Assembly (NCBI RefSeq): GCF_036321535.1 | Contig: NC_087436.1 | Coordinates: forward strand, 85,500,001-85,564,000 | Origin: Camelus dromedarius | Lineage: Eukaryota | Length of the DNA stretch: 64,000 nt | Direction of reading: 5' to 3' | Shown here: positions 39,138 to 53,129 of the stretch, piece by piece | Layout: the number at the start of each line of letters is the position of its first letter | Numbering within the stretch: the first letter of the stretch is position 1 | Notes under the pieces: model-generated | Seen by the model: only the letters and a program-made list of their open reading frames with translations | Told to the model about the DNA's origin: nothing | The model's database searches: none | Program-made: the position numbers and the translations under genes

Positions 39138-39949
39138 CAGCACAAGTGCTGTCAGGTTCTATCAAACTTCTCCATCTAAAATCCTCCTGCTGATTTGACC
39201 GTGGAAGACTGGAGACCCAGAGAGTAGCTGGCATGAGTTCCAAATATAAGGCAATGATCCCAAGAGTCTCAAAATGTCCCTCGGGGATGTCTGCACACAT
39301 CGGAAAGCAGAGTGATCACAGATCTCATAAACGGACTTTTCCTCCTTCCACGGCGTGGTGAGAAACCTCCTGTCTGCGCCTAGATCTTACCGGCCTACCT
39401 TTCAGGACAGGTGTGGATATTCAGTAGGCGAACTCTGGGGCTCCATCTTTAGATGGATGCCTTTTGTGGGGACTGTATAGGGAGCAGGACTCAGACTCAG
39501 TGCAGAGTTGGAGAGAGAGCCTGGCAACTATCGAGCGGGGATGGAGACGTGTCTCCTAAGTAACTCAATAGTAACCTCCACTTACTCGACTGTTGCAGGA
39601 GAGAAATGTTGTTCATCTCAAGATGACTTTTAAGAAACAGAGCGCTAAACTTTATGTAAGATATTAAAAATGATCCTATGTGCAATTACAAGACTCATAT
39701 GCCGTCAGCCTTCATAGGCTCCTTCCTTCCAGCCTCCTCAGCACTTTATCTGTTCCTGCAGCTGCACCAGGGGTGTCACGGATGGATGGGGCCATGCCAG
39801 TCTGGCCCGCTGCTCACCCCCCATGGCCCAGCACAGGGCCTGGCCCACAGGAGGCCGAAACGAGTTGAACAAACCTGTGAATAACACCTGGCTATCTGTC
39901 TCTCCAGTGGGCTATTGATTCAGCAGTCTTCATCCCTCTGAATTTCTCA

Positions 39950-40250
39950 GACCAGTGACATTTCCAAAACCACATTTCAGGACCCACAGAGTGGGTGTCA
40001 TTAACACTAACAACAAAACAACAAAGTAACACACAAACAGCTCTATGGTGATCCTCACAGAAGAAAGGCTTTTCTTCACTTTAGAAAGATAGAAAAGATC
40101 TAGTCTAAGAGTGAAAGCAAATTCTGTAAATTCAACATATTTTGCTTTTTGAAAACCCTTTACAATGTCCTTCTTTCTCTCATTTCCTCACAGACCAGTG
40201 CAGCCTTGTCATGGATCAGGACTGGTTCTGAGACCAGTGTTTGGAAACCG
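39950..40250. mobile_element. hAT-Charlie-like DNA transposon fragment
   Basis: 'cagtgacatttccaaa...cacagaccagt...gagaccagtgtttggaaac'. Confidence 0.4.
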
Positions 40251-43200
40251 GATATAAATGACCTGTTTTCCTAAAATATTATCAAGAGTAAATCATTTTC
40301 TCCTTTTCTATTCCTGCCTAGCGTCTTACTGACTTCTAGTTTTCAACATCAAAAAAATTTTCCATTCCTTTTACTATAATAAATGAAATCTACATACCCC
40401 TCCCCTATAATGTACCTGTTTGCCTAAAATACTCTCAGTTGTAACTGTCTCCTTGTTCCTTTTCCCCTTGTGCTATCACAGTCTTGACATCTTATGAGAA
40501 TGGCTTTAAGAGGTTAGGTGTCCCCTTATCCTTGTCATCTTCGAGACTCACTGCTAACATCTGGTATTCTCATAATTCCTTTAATTCAAGGAGCTTAACG
40601 TGCTCTGTATAGTGCCTCTAATACTCTAGTAAAGCATTTTTCTACTAACGGAGGGGGAGGCAGGCATTTTGTATCAAGGTGACGTGGGTGCTGAAGTTTT
40701 CTAACAACTTCTCCCAAGATGCAAGCTTCTCCTCCTTGGAGACTGTGAAGTTGAGGGATAGGTCATGGTTGCCTGGGGACTCTTGAATATGAAGTCCTGG
40801 CTCCATTATCCAGAGGCATTTTGCTGCCTTTACTAAACAGCTTGGCTGAAAGGGCGGGGGAGAATCTGTCCTTCTGGTGGTCTACATTATCGCAGATGAG
40901 ACTGTCTTCAAGAATATATTTGCTTTAACGTAAGATAAACTTATTGTTCATTGTAGGGACAGGGCACCATGAAAGGCATTATTCCTTCCTATAAAATTAC
41001 TTTCACGATGCCTGTAGTCAGAGTTTTGCATTTCCTGGAAAGGGTGAACGTTCGCTGGCTGGCTCTTTCCAGGCGATGGCAGAAATAGCAAACTATGCAA
41101 AGACCACCACCTAGCGTCCGACTTTGAAATGACTGCTGCACCAGAAGAGACCACACATGCTAAGCTTTCCTCCTCCCTAATGTGAGAGTCTATTTCGTTA
41201 TGTGTTCCACTGTATTGTGTGTTCTTTTTGATCTTTGCTTTGAAAGTGAAATTGCCCATAACCTGTTACCAATATTGTGTATGTTTTTATTGTCCAGGTA
41301 CGTGCATGGGCACACAATTTGCTTTTACAGGTTTTAAGGGAGGATTGACTAACGTGTGAGTTAAATACTCCTGAAGATTGAGCCTTCAGGACTCAGATTT
41401 CACCACTTCCAAGACGTCTTCCATGATCTTTCCTCAACCATATTCTCTGCTGGGTGGTCACCCCATGTGCATTTAAAACAAACAAACAAAAAAAACAGCG
41501 TACAAATGGTAGCTCTTGTCGCTGGGGACTGTAATTGGCTGTTCACCTGTTTCTCATCCAAAAGGGCGCGCATTCCTCAAGGGCAAGCATCGGGTCTCAC
41601 GGTTGGTATTACACCTTAACCCGGTACGTGGAGATTCTCCATCCGAATCTGTTGAATGAAATGAATGAATGAATAAATGAATAAGGTTTTCTAAAGAAGA
41701 TTCAAAGGTGAGGCTGATTTTTTTCCTTGTAACTCTCAGCTTTCTTCTGCGCTCAGTAAAGCATTCTAGCTTGAAAGAGCTGAATTTAACAAAATTTAAA
41801 ACTCTATGTAAGAACTTGGCAAGATCATCAAAATCCTGACTTGGGGGCAAAAGCTTGAATTCCAAGGTGAATGAAGCTCTGATGACAGGATGCATCTGCC
41901 TTTCGATATCTGATTCTCGGCTCTGTCTAGTACTTTACAAGGCGGGGACTAACTGTTTTTCTCTTATACCACAGTCCTAATCAGCCCCGATCTGCTTTAA
42001 ATGTGCATCTGTTTGTTGGCAGCAGGGACCGGAGTATCAGCCCGCAAGAGGAATAGAGACGGGGAAGCCTGGCGAACGGGGAGCTCTGCCTTAGGAATGT
42101 CCAGGCCTCCTTCCTGGAGACCCCCTGCTGATCTGAGATAAGTTGCTATCACTCTCCCAAATTAAAAACCTTAATCTTCCTGTTCCTTAAGAGAGGCACT
42201 CCTTATCTAAGCTGAAGGTAATTAATCCCATGTGTGATATTGGATAAAGTTCCCCGATCCTGATTAGCAGGAGTCCTGGCGTCTCCAAAATACGATTTGG
42301 GCTGTAAAATTGAGATAAATCACAACACGGATTCATCAGTGGAAGACCATGCCCCACGACTCCCCTTACAAAGGCAAAGTGGTTGAGAACAGGAGAGCTG
42401 GACTCATATTCACCTGACCTCAAAACCTGGCTCTGTTGCATATTTGCTGTACAGTTTTGATAAAATTATTTAAATTGCTAAACCTGTTTCCTCCTCTGTA
42501 AAAGAGGTCGTGGACACATAACACCTACCCACAGGGGAATTAGAGGGTTTCACGAAGGTTGCCGCATATAGCATGCTTAGTGGACCGCCTGGCATGTAAG
42601 TAAGAGTTTAGCACAAATACGAATGCCAGAGACTCACCGTGGACAATTCCATTCCCAAGTCCTCCAGCGTTTCAACCGTACTCCTGGGGCCTGGACACAA
42701 GACAGTCAGGTTATTCTTCAGGATCTACTGATGCGTGGTTACCAGGACAATCATCCCCAAAGGCCTCACCCTGGGCTCTGGCAGACAGGCCTGGCACTAT
42801 GCACGCCATGAGCTCCTGCCCCTCCAGTCCTCGTCCAGCTGCTCTCTGTGCCTCCAGAGAAGCCTCCCCCCAACCTCTACGCTCAGCTCCTCACCCTTCA
42901 AGACTCCAGCTCATAAGTTATTCCCTTTCTGCAGCCTTATCCTGGCACCAAGAACAACAGGCGGGCCCCTCCCCGACACCCTGGACTCACGGTGGCCACA
43001 CACTCACAGGTGGCCATCTCCCCAGCCAGCCTCCGAGCTCCTGAAAAGCAGGGGCCGTGCCTCCTTCATTCTAGTCTCTCAGTATTTATTTCACACTTGG
43101 CACTTAGGGGACCATCCGCAAATGCTTCCAAAAACAAAACATATTCAGTGTCGTAAACATGAATGGAACTCGAGAGAGTCTTTCCACCTCCCGATCCCTG

Positions 43201-44732
43201 TTGCTCCATTCTGGTTACATCCCTAAAAAGAGCAACGCAAAGGGAAAGAAGAAATGTGAGCAGCAAGAACCTTTCAACACCGTCTAAGCACACAGGCGAG
43301 AAGCAGGAAGATGATAATTGTTAAGTCAGCAATACAAGCGGCCCTTGAATGGAGACGTTGAGAGGAGTCCTCCGGGGACGCTCCAGATGGACAGTGGGCA
43401 GCTGTGATTTGGGATGGGTTGTTCAAGTACTTTGTCCTTTGATATGGACAGCTCTCCCTCAAAGAGTGGTCCCCGGGGAGGCACCTCCCCCATCCTCCGG
43501 ATTTTATGTGGACAGTGCTTTGAAATAGTCACCGCTCATTTTTGCCTTCCAAATCCCCTGCCAGTACAGTGTTAAAAGAGTAAAAAGGAATTCACGAAGT
43601 TCAAAGGAATGTCAAGGTGGGACAGATCTATAGCATCCACATTACATCTCAAAGAATATGTCCTTGGAGCCATAGAGGTCAGTCCTGTGGAAGGGGCAGC
43701 TGTTTCATGTACGAATGTATTTACGCACATGTGCCTCGGAGTCTGATGGGTGGTCCTAACCGAGATCTTGTTCTGCTCCAGGGGTTACACACGGTGAAGA
43801 TGGTCTCCTGGTGGGAGATACTTCTGCATTTTCTCAAGCCAAGTTCAAATAAAAGATAATTCTTGGTGTAAGAATCTCCAGTTCCAGGGGTGAGAGATGC
43901 TGACTAGAGTTTGGTCCTATACTGTCAAGAGGTGTAAGCTGGACGTCAAGGCCAAGCTTCCTTCGGGGAGCACAACAAGGAGAGGCCATCCCCTCACCTC
44001 TGCCTGCCCCGGGGGCCAGCGGTGAGCAGGAGTGGTTCCTGTCCTCAAAGCCCAGAGAAGGCAACCCCCAAGTCACAGCACTGTGAGCTCCCTAAGAAGG
44101 GGTGACAGTCCCTGTCCTGGCTGGCAGCCATCAAGCTTCCTGCGCTACCTCTTCTGACCTAAGCAGTGCACAGCCAGGCAGAGAAGAGGGCAGAGGACCA
44201 CTCAGGCGCTGGTCTCTGAGAGGCCTGGAGGGACCGAGCCTGGGGATGAGGGCTGCAGACTGTATGTGGCACTGGGGGCCACAGGCTTGCCAGGAACCGC
44301 CAGAGTGAAGACTGAAGAGTCACATCCCATCCGGGAATGCAGATGTGGGGCCAGCATTTGTGGGTCAGAAGTCGATGGGGTCAAGCGTCCCTTTATCAGG
44401 GACTATTACAGTTTCCATCTGTCCCCACAGTGGGCCTACTGTTTAGAAGCTAGGTTACAGAAAGGGAGTAGACATACTTCCTCATAAGCAGCCTCAAAGG
44501 AGACTTTCCCCAGCCCCTGCCTCTCTTTTCAGACCAATGTCAAAGGAGTAACTATCAGAGAGAGAGAGAAAGAGCCCATGGGACTGGGCTCACCAGCCTA
44601 TGCTGGGGTGGGGTGGATCTGAACTGCATACAATATTGAAAATTTTAAATGCACAGAACTAAGTCTTGGTAACTAGAATGAAACTGTTGTAATTACCAAA
44701 AGTAAATTAAAAGTTATAGAATCATATCTGAA

Positions 44733-44822
44733 TGGGAGGGTATAGATTAGCGGCAGAGTGCATGCCTAGAATGTGCAAGGTCCTGGGTTCAATCCCCAGT
44801 ACCTCCATTTAAAAAAAAAAAA
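44733..44822 (+). mobile_element. tRNA-derived SINE
   Basis: gggagggtatagattagcggcagagtgcatgcc...ggttcaatccccagtacctcc + poly(A). Confidence 0.87.
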
Positions 44823-45967
44823 GAATTGGACCAAGGTGCCTTAAAGGGCGGCCCCACCCAGTGGGAAAATGGGGACTTTGATAGAGGACAGTGAGAGTAA
44901 CTCACTAGAAAAAAATCAGTCCACACTTCTGTGCTATTGAGTCAGCCTCTTTCCTCAACTTGTTCTATGTGTATATGTGTATGTCCGTGTGTAGCTAAGA
45001 ACTTTTTCTAAAAGTTATGTAAGGCAACGTTAAAAGATGAGTCTCTATACAAGCTCAGTTCATTTGTGGATAACCCAGTACCACAACTGGTCTGGAGAAA
45101 GAGCTTCTTTAGGGCATGAACTTTGTCCATCAAATTTGAACATCACCCAGTTCATTGCCTTAGCTGGAGGGTGTATAACAAGACCCGTCGATGAGAGTAA
45201 CGACGTGGTTGTGCCAGCAACGTCAGTGTGAACCGTGTTCTTTGGCGTAGGCTACTGTTAATTAAGTCATGCTTCTGGCCAGTAATAAAAAGTCCTACAG
45301 AAGTCTTTCCCAGATACCGTCTTTCTGACACTCCCACGGATGTGTTTACTGGTGTTACAGGGGCTGGGGGAAGGGGTCAGCTGCCCTTGGTGGCGCCTCG
45401 TTGTTAGCTGGAGCTGCCTGGGGAAGCTAATGGAAGAAGCCATCCTGGAGGAGGTAATAAAAAGCTTTTTTTAAAAAAAAATTTAAATTTACAAAAGAGA
45501 AAATAGTACAGAACGTCCCCATATACCCTTCACCCAGCTTCCTCCAATGTTCACCCCTAACATACCCACAGTACGTTTGTTGAAACTTACGAAATTAACA
45601 TGGGTCCGATTAAGTAAAGACTTTACCCAGCGTCTCCACTAGTGCCCCTCCCTGTTCCTGCAGTCCCTCCCGCCACCACAAGCTCTGTTGGCTTGTTTCC
45701 GTAGCCTCGGAGGAGGTCACTTCTAAGATGAGGCGTCTCTTCCTGAAGTCCTAGCCGCTGGACCTGGCACCGGGAGAAAAGGATGGAGGCCAAGAACGTG
45801 CAGGGCAGGACTTTAACCTCTCTGCCCGGAGGTCACAAGTCAACCCAAGGTCCCCAGAACATACCTGGCTGGGTTGCTCACGCCCTCTCCATCTTACGAA
45901 GTCACCGAAGACAGATCACTGTGGTTCCCACAGTTTTGATATGGGATTACCTGGCTAGAGTGGCTAA

Positions 45968-46545
45968 GTGTCAGGACTCAACCTCCGTTGGGTTATGAAG
46001 ACGCTGAGGCCTCAGAGACAAAGTGGTGGCCACTGGATTTTACATCGTGGTCCTGCCACCTCCCATTCTCCCCACTTCTTTCTCCTCCGTGCTTCTCCAG
46101 ACAGGCACTGCCTCGCTGCTCTCCCACCCATTTCTGTCTTTGTTTCCTGCTCTTCTCTGTGTTCAAGGAGCTTGTCCTTGAGAACTCCATGCCTGGGGCC
46201 CCTCTGCCGATGGACAATGATGAGGTTGAGGGCTGGGGAGGCACTGACAGGAGACCCAGGAGCAGAAGGGAGGGAGATTCCCCCTCCTTCCTCTCTGCTT
46301 TGGGTGGGGGCAGCCCTGCAGGGTTCCTTTTCCTGCGGGGGCCCTGGCTCTGGCTCTGGCAAAGCCCCTCTGCCCTTTGTCCCTCCCGCAGTCAGGGGTG
46401 CAGCTTCTCCCTGCTGATGCTAATCTCTGGGTTGCTTCAGTGTCCCCTGTGTGGACTTTAAACTTTTCTAACACCTTTATTAAGTTCCCTCTATAAAACC
46501 ACCTGGAACGGGTTCTGTTTTCCTGACCAGGCTCTAACTGGTACA
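45968..46545 (+). mobile_element. LTR40/41-like ERVL solo LTR
   Basis: 'ttgtccctcc...tgctaatctctgggttgc...attaagttccctct...ttctgttttcctgaccagg...ctggtaca'. Confidence 0.6.
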
Positions 46546-46899
46546 GATGCCCCACTCATCACCTCCTCCTCCTCCTTTCCAGGGGTTAGCACAGGAGCTA
46601 GGGGACTGAGTCTCACTAATTCTGCTCAATGGATTTGTCCTTGCAGGTGAGGCAGGGGCTCCTGGGCCCAGGGCCGTGAATGTGGACAGAGAGCTCTACT
46701 CTATTCCTCCATCTTAGGTGCTTGCCAATAACATTCCATGTGACCTGGTGACAACCATTGGTCTATATTCTATTAAACCAAGAAATTACTACATTCAAAT
46801 ATTTCTCACCTACCAAAATGTCAATTTCACATGACTCTTCTTAATAGAAAAAGAAGCAGGTAGGGAATACACAACAAGTAAATTGTCCATGAGGACTTA

Positions 46900-47310
46900 C
46901 AGCCAATAATAAAGCTGACATTTACTGTGTGTTTACCACTTGCAAGGCGTCCTAAGGTACATTAAACAGTACTAATGATGGCAAATTCATCCATGATACC
47001 TGATCTAAGTGTTTTGTATATAGTGAATTATTTAATCTTCAAAACAACCCTGCAAGGTGAGTACTACTTTATCCTATTTTATGGATTAGGCACAGAGAGA
47101 TTAAGCAACTTGTGGAAGATCACACAGTAAGTGGCAGAGTCAGGATTTGAAGCCAGGGAGCTTGGCTCTGAAGCACGTGTCCTGAGCTACTATACCCTAT
47201 GTTGTCTGAAAGCAGATGTCGTTATAGGCATTTTGCAGATGGGAAGCTGAGAATCAGAGAGGCTGGACGACTTGCCCTAAGTCAAACAGCTGGGATGTTC
47301 TAAGATGGCA
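46900..47310 (-). mobile_element. cluster of MIR SINEs
   Basis: repeated 'atttaatcttcaaaacaaccct...ggcacagagagattaagcaacttg...ggatttgaa' and 'cattttgcagatgggaagctgag'. Confidence 0.75.
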
Positions 47311-47869
47311 TTTGAACGCAGTGCCATCCAACTGCCAAGCTTAAATGCTTCCCCTCTTCCGTGGCCCCTCTCTTTCCAATTTGTCCTGAGGGGCCTCTAA
47401 CACTGCACTTCACTGGGTTCTTCTGCCACAAAGATGATAATGTGTATATTTCATCACATTCCACCAGCACATCAGACTCTTGCTGCATTTATTGAGTTTC
47501 CCTCACTGTGACGCCCTGGGTCCTTACTTGTGTGTGTAACCAGCTCAGAAGGAAATGACTGTGGTTTGTGTTAAGACCCTTGCCATGTAAGGGCTCGGAG
47601 CATCTTTTTTGATCTTAGACTTATTCTCACTACTTCTACTTACTCCTTAAAAAATCGGGCATTTAATAATGACCTTGTTTACACAGTTTATAAGTGTTTT
47701 ATATTATATTTGTGTAGTGCCAGGAAGCAAGGCATTATTTCTCTGGACAAGAGGCTTCTCTTCTGTTCCTTGGCAATGCAGGCAGGATCTGTTAAGACAT
47801 CTTTCCGTTCAAAGATCCCTTTCATTTAGGTAGGACGTTAATATACCATCAAAGTTCAACTGCAAAGGG

Positions 47870-47901
47870 CTGTAGTATTTAAATTGGCCACAAGAGGGCT
47901 C
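47870..47901 (+). promoter_or_regulatory. CTCF motif with upstream (U) module
   Basis: CTGTAGT-atttaaat-TGGCCACAAGAGGGCTC. Confidence 0.5.
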
Positions 47902-48302
47902 TCTTTCTTTGTCCCTCAGGCCTGTAGCAATAATAGCTTTGGGGGCCACAGATGTGAAATGCTATTCTGGACACAGTAATTAAACTACATTTAGTGCAAT
48001 TTACCAAAAATAAGTGAAATTGTTTGTTTGGAGGAATAATAAATTCTATCATTTCTTTAACCTCCAAATACAAAGAGGAAAACCTTTTAATAAAATGAAA
48101 TTGTTTTCCAGCAGGAATTCACGGGAACTTCTCCCATTCCAATTTGAGTAGTGGCTTTTGCAAAATAGTAATCCCATGTTAAATTTGTTTAAAAATGCTT
48201 CCTCCCTCTTTTTTTTTTTTTTTTTTGGTAATTTAATGTCTTAAAGAATCTTTCTGAAAGATTGATAATAACTGAAATGGCCAATAATCTTGAGCTTCAT
48301 TC

Positions 48303-48795
48303 TGAGGCTCAGGGTACAGGCAGGGAAACAGAAGCCACAATTGAAATGGCAACAGAAGGAGTTTAAGGTGGAGAATAGATCACACAGGTGTGAGAGGGCT
48401 GAGGAAACAGAAAGGGACCGTTGGAGTAACCCGCATCATACCGCTGAAGTTGCAACTACTCTTGGGGCTGAGGAAACAGAGGAAGGAGGTGGGATTATCA
48501 AAACCTAGATGTTCCAGGAAAGGGACTTGGCTGCACTCATACTTCGAAAAGGATGCAACGAGGCTGCTTTTGGCAACGCTGAAGCTGAATGGACCTGGTC
48601 AATGCCAGGGTGAAGGGTCCTTATGAGGCAATGTTCTAGGAGCAGCAGGTCCCCATCCTACCCCAGTCCCAGCCTTCTGGTATCCCTCTAGTGCCGCCTA
48701 CTGGCAAAACATACCCAGGAGCCAACTGTCAAAAGCGAGATACAGCCCTCACATCACTGACTGAGCAGAATATAGAAAGGTGGCTTCAGAGCACA
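48303..48795 (-). mobile_element. LTR41-like ERVL LTR
   Basis: 'ccctctagtgccgcctactggcaaa...gagccaactgtcaaaag...gagcagaatatagaaaggtgg...gcaca'; adjacent PPT-like aagggagtgagc|TGTG on the minus strand. Confidence 0.6.
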
Positions 48796-49369
48796 GCTCA
48801 CTCCCTTGGTTACTATAAACACTTTCTAAACATGTTTAAAGTTCCATACAAAAATGATCACTTCTTGCTTTGGCTATAGATGATAGCAATTGTCATTATC
48901 TTTTACTGTTGGACATGGATGTACTATGTAATACCTTGGAGAATCCCTTGAGCTCTAGATAGTTTCTTGTGTCGTAGAAAACTGATGTCTCAGTACGTAA
49001 GCAGGATCAACCAGCTCAGAAACCCCCTTCTTCACTTGCTAGTTCAGCAGGAGGGGGAGCTCCATATGGCCGATTGGCAGTCTCCTCTTCCAGATAGATC
49101 AGTGCAGCAGTTTGGTGTCACCAGGCAGAAGCATTTCTCCATTATGAAATCGGAAATGATCTCGGAGCGGATCAGAAGAACCCAAAGTCTCAGGGACAGA
49201 AAGCAAACATGCCGAGTAGATATCACGTGTCATAGTGAGAAAAGCTGCTCCCACTTCCACCCTGGATCCTGGACCCAGATGTTCTGGCTTTGGGAGAAAT
49301 GGAACCTCATATTGAAAACTGATTCAAAGCATATGTGGCATCCGATTAACTAGAACTCTGACCTTCAGG

Positions 49370-49580
49370 TTATTCTCCCAAATTGGGCTGTAACTGAGTC
49401 TTCCGTAGGCTATTCCACTTTCTGTCAGGCCAGCTGCCCCTGGGTGACAGGATATATGGTGAGACCAGTGAATTCCATGGTATGAACCCCATATCACAAT
49501 TTTTTTTCTGAGAATTGAGATCCTTGGGCAGAAGCAATGCCGTGTGGAATTCTATGCATGTTAATAAGGCATTATGCAAA
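49370..49580 (-). mobile_element. ERVL pol (integrase) remnant
   Basis: minus strand, with frameshifts, reads HRIPHGIASAQGSQF...HGIHWSHHISCHPGAAGLTE.WNSLRKTQLQ, matching the ERVL integrase core HSIASDQGTHF...HGIHWSYHVPHHPEAAGLIERWNGLLK. Confidence 0.85.
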
Positions 49581-51679
49581 TTTGATGTTGGAAATCTTTG
49601 TTAAGCATGGGTTTCATGATGACCAATATACATCTTGGCAGAGAATAAGCCATTGGATGGATGACAATGTCCCAAAAATCAAGTCAGATCTGCTCTCCGT
49701 CCTGTCCTTCCCCCTCTTCCACCCTTTCTTCTTTATTTCTAGGTAGGGTTTTCTGTTTATTTGAGGACAGATATTTATGGGCCAAGAGCCATATTGATGG
49801 TGAGTCAAGTTGTCACCGTGCCTACACTTCAGCACGTGTCTCTGTCAGGAAGAAAGGCAACAGGGAGGAGGTCACATGTGCCTTTGGAGGCAAATGTTTG
49901 CCTGAAGTTGACTTGGTTTCAACCTCAGTATTTATTTTCCTGAGCCTCATGATTTCATGAAATATGGATATTCCACAGCCATGCACAGTCAATTATCACC
50001 TATATTTATGCTCTAAGAAGAGGTATGTAAATGCATTGCTTTCCCTCAAAAGGACCAAGGACTTAAGCAATTTTCTATTTGTTTAGTATTGTTATGGCAA
50101 CACTGTTTATATTTAATGTTAGTTTTCAAGGTGGTAATACTTTCAGTGTTTCGTGCCAGTACCAGATCCAGTAATAACCCTACCCAGTAGTTTTACAAGC
50201 ATCTAAAGAGCTGAAACTCACTCTACCGCTGAACATTTTAGGTCTGAAATTATAAGGAGAAAGTCACAAGGGAGAGTGTGTCTAGAAGACACATTCTCCA
50301 AGCATCAGTCCAATTCTACATGGCCCCTTGGTTTCCTGTAAGCAAAGACTCACCTCCTCTCCCTCCACTTTGGTTGGTTGACTTTTTCACATTTCAGTAG
50401 CTTGTCTGGTGGTCAAATTCTCATCATTCTTATGACTACAGAAAGAAGGAAGTTGAACTGTTCTTTAAATATACATGTTCATGATTTTTTTTTTCAACAA
50501 GCATTTAATGAAGACCTATTTTACACTGAGAATTGGGTCAGCACTGAGCATACATCTGTCACAAGTGTTCTAGGTCAGGCCAGTCTTAGCAGACCAGGAG
50601 GATGACAGTAACAGGAACAAAAATGTAATTCCCTGCTTCCTCTGTTCATGGGAATCCCAGTCTCATCCTAGTCCCTGATTTTGGTTTGGGGTGTTCTGTG
50701 TGGATGCCAACCTGCCTGCGAACAGTAGTCTTCCTCTGACTCTCTCCTCTAGGCTGACTTGCTTTGTGTGGCCTTGAATTCACCCTTTGTGACTTCACTC
50801 TTGGGTAATATGTAAGGGAGGCACTGGTGAGCTCCAGTTATTGAAACTAGAAAGCCTGGCTCTGCTGTCAGATTCAAAAGATGAGGGGAAGGCCAGCAAC
50901 AGGAAACCATACTAATGGGGCCAGGAGTTGTGGGAGATGAAGAGCAAGAGTCCAAAATCTTGCCTTAAAGAAGGTGTGGAGAAGAGGCTACCACCCAGGA
51001 CTCTTCCTGTTATTCACTGCTAGCTCCTGGGTGCACCATTCACATAAATCAGTGTGACTGACCACAACTCAAGAAGTGCAGTGCCCAACCTGTGCAACTG
51101 TGCTAGCCTTGCTCTAAGGCCTGTTTTTTTTTTAGGGTTTTGTTTGTTTGTTTTGTTTTTGTTTTTCTGTCTTGGGCATTGGGGCTACTGTGGTGCCTAG
51201 AGAGCATTCCTCGTAAGCCAGGTTGGGGCAGATACACCAGCATCTTCCACATCCCTCCATTGTACTCTCCATCAGAATGTGTCACTCTTTTCCACATCAA
51301 TAGTCTTAACTGCTCTCAGAGGTACCTTTCTGTGCTTAACCCTTGGTTTTATATTGAATCAAGGGATAACCACATTACAGTTATCTCAGATATTTTTAAA
51401 AAGCTGCTTTTTCCTGGAAGAAGGCAGTCTGACTGTCCTTCCACTGAGGAGCCCTCACTTCTCCTTAATACCTGCTCCAGCCCACAGCCACTTCCACTTG
51501 GCCCTCAGCGATTGCCTTTCCTTAATGAGTGTTATTGTCATCTGCTCCACATCTGGAATATTCAGATTAACTCCCGTTCCTGGGGCCTTCAGAATCTTCC
51601 CCTCAATATCAGCACTCACCTTCTAGGGGTGTGTCTCTCCCATGAGGATATTTGACTCTTCATGTGAGCAGATGCCCCT

Positions 51680-52078
51680 GAGCCGTCACTCAGGTCTTAT
51701 AGTAGTCATGAGGCCAGTGCACCACTGAGTCATCCTTCTGGCACAGGGTAGGATTGCACTTACCTGCCCTGTCCCCCACCCCCCAGAAGTACTATGTAGC
51801 ATGCGACTTGCTTGGTCAATGAAATGTGAGCAGATATGACACTTCCGGGCAGAGGCCATAGAAGCCAAGTCATACTATGTCATGTCCCTTTCCCCTGATG
51901 AGATGACCAAGAAGACACGTATCATGATGGAGGCAGGATTATCTGGGTCCTTGAATGGCTGATGAGTAGAGCTTGCCTATTTCTTGAGGAACAAGAAATA
52001 GACTTGGGTTGTATTAAAAAATTGAAATTTGAGGATCGTTTGTTATTGCAGCAGAACCTTATCTATCGTGACTGGCAC
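51680..52078 (+). mobile_element. MLT1 (I/J-like) solo LTR
   Basis: 'catgcgacttgcttggtcaatgaaatgtgagcag...gaaatttgaggatcgtttgttattgcagcag...gactggcaca'. Confidence 0.75.
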
Positions 52079-52886
52079 AAGGTCCCCAAAGGTCTGGAAT
52101 TGCAAAGAGTACTCACAACTCAGGCCTTCATGCTCTGCCCTTTACTAAACCAAGATGGTAGCCTAGAAAACAGATAAGTGAAGGAGACAGTAATTATCAT
52201 CTCTTAAAATCATTGCTCAGATTCACCATCATGACATCCACCATAGTGAAGGAAACTGACAGGCAGATCTTGGATTCCATGACAGCCACAGGGATGTGAC
52301 TGTTGTGAGGAAGAAAAGAAAAGCATGGAACACTGCACTGCAGGACTGGCTTTGTAGAACAGCTCACCCATTACCAAAGGGCTTTCATGGTTCATCTGAG
52401 CCAGAACAGTGGAACTGGCTCAGTCTCTGGAATGTCGAGAACGAACGCCGTTCCTGAGCGCAGGGATGTAACACAAAGGCCAACACTGGAAAGCATGACG
52501 GTGCCCAGCGTTTCTTATTTTTCTCCATTGCTCCCAGTGTTTACTTACTGCTGGTCTCCAGATGGGGAATGTGATGATCTCAGCCAGTTATAGCATTTGG
52601 GGATTTATGACTATAACCAATGGGTCTGTTTAGTTAAAACTGCTAAGCTGACAAACTTGATTTTAGTGCCCTATCCTCCTCAGTTCTTAGCCTCTGAATA
52701 TTCTCTGCTGTATCGAGGCTCTTTCTGGAAATGCTGGCTATCAAACAGCTTCTCCTGAAATGTGGCTGGCTGATAAGTGCTTCAACACTCAACATGTTTG
52801 CAGCATCTCTTCACTGGGTGCCTCAGCTGAGAGGGAGAGAGGCACCGGGGACAGAGAGATGGGAAGGAAATGTCCCTGACTTACAG

Positions 52887-53006
52887 CCTGGTGCTGGGCT
52901 GACAAATCATGGCCCACAGGCCCAGTCTCGCTTGTCACAGGTTTGGTAAATAGAGTTTCCTGGAATACCATCTGGCCCTTTTCAGAAAAAGTTTGCTGGC
53001 CCCTGC
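52887..53006. mobile_element. internally deleted MER58-like element
   Basis: 'gctgacaaatcatggcccacaggcc...atctggcccttttcagaaaaagtttgctggcccctg'. Confidence 0.55.
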
Positions 53007-53129
53007 CTAGTGGATTATTGGCCTTTCAAGGGGAGTTTGCATTTCTGTAGCATCCTCTTAAAGGCCAGTTCTGTGAGACTCAAGGGGATGACATTAATGG
53101 AGGAAATTCAGGCAAGAGTGAGCTATTTT

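Noticed and set aside
42735..43226. 163-aa ORF (+)
   Set aside because: Low-complexity Ser/Pro-rich and runs through L2-like sequence
45968..46555. stack of 83-157-aa ORFs on both strands
   Set aside because: All lie within an LTR-like element
51140..51655. 171-aa ORF (+)
   Set aside because: Starts in a (TTTG)n tract, no homology recognised; may be antisense to decayed ERV sequence
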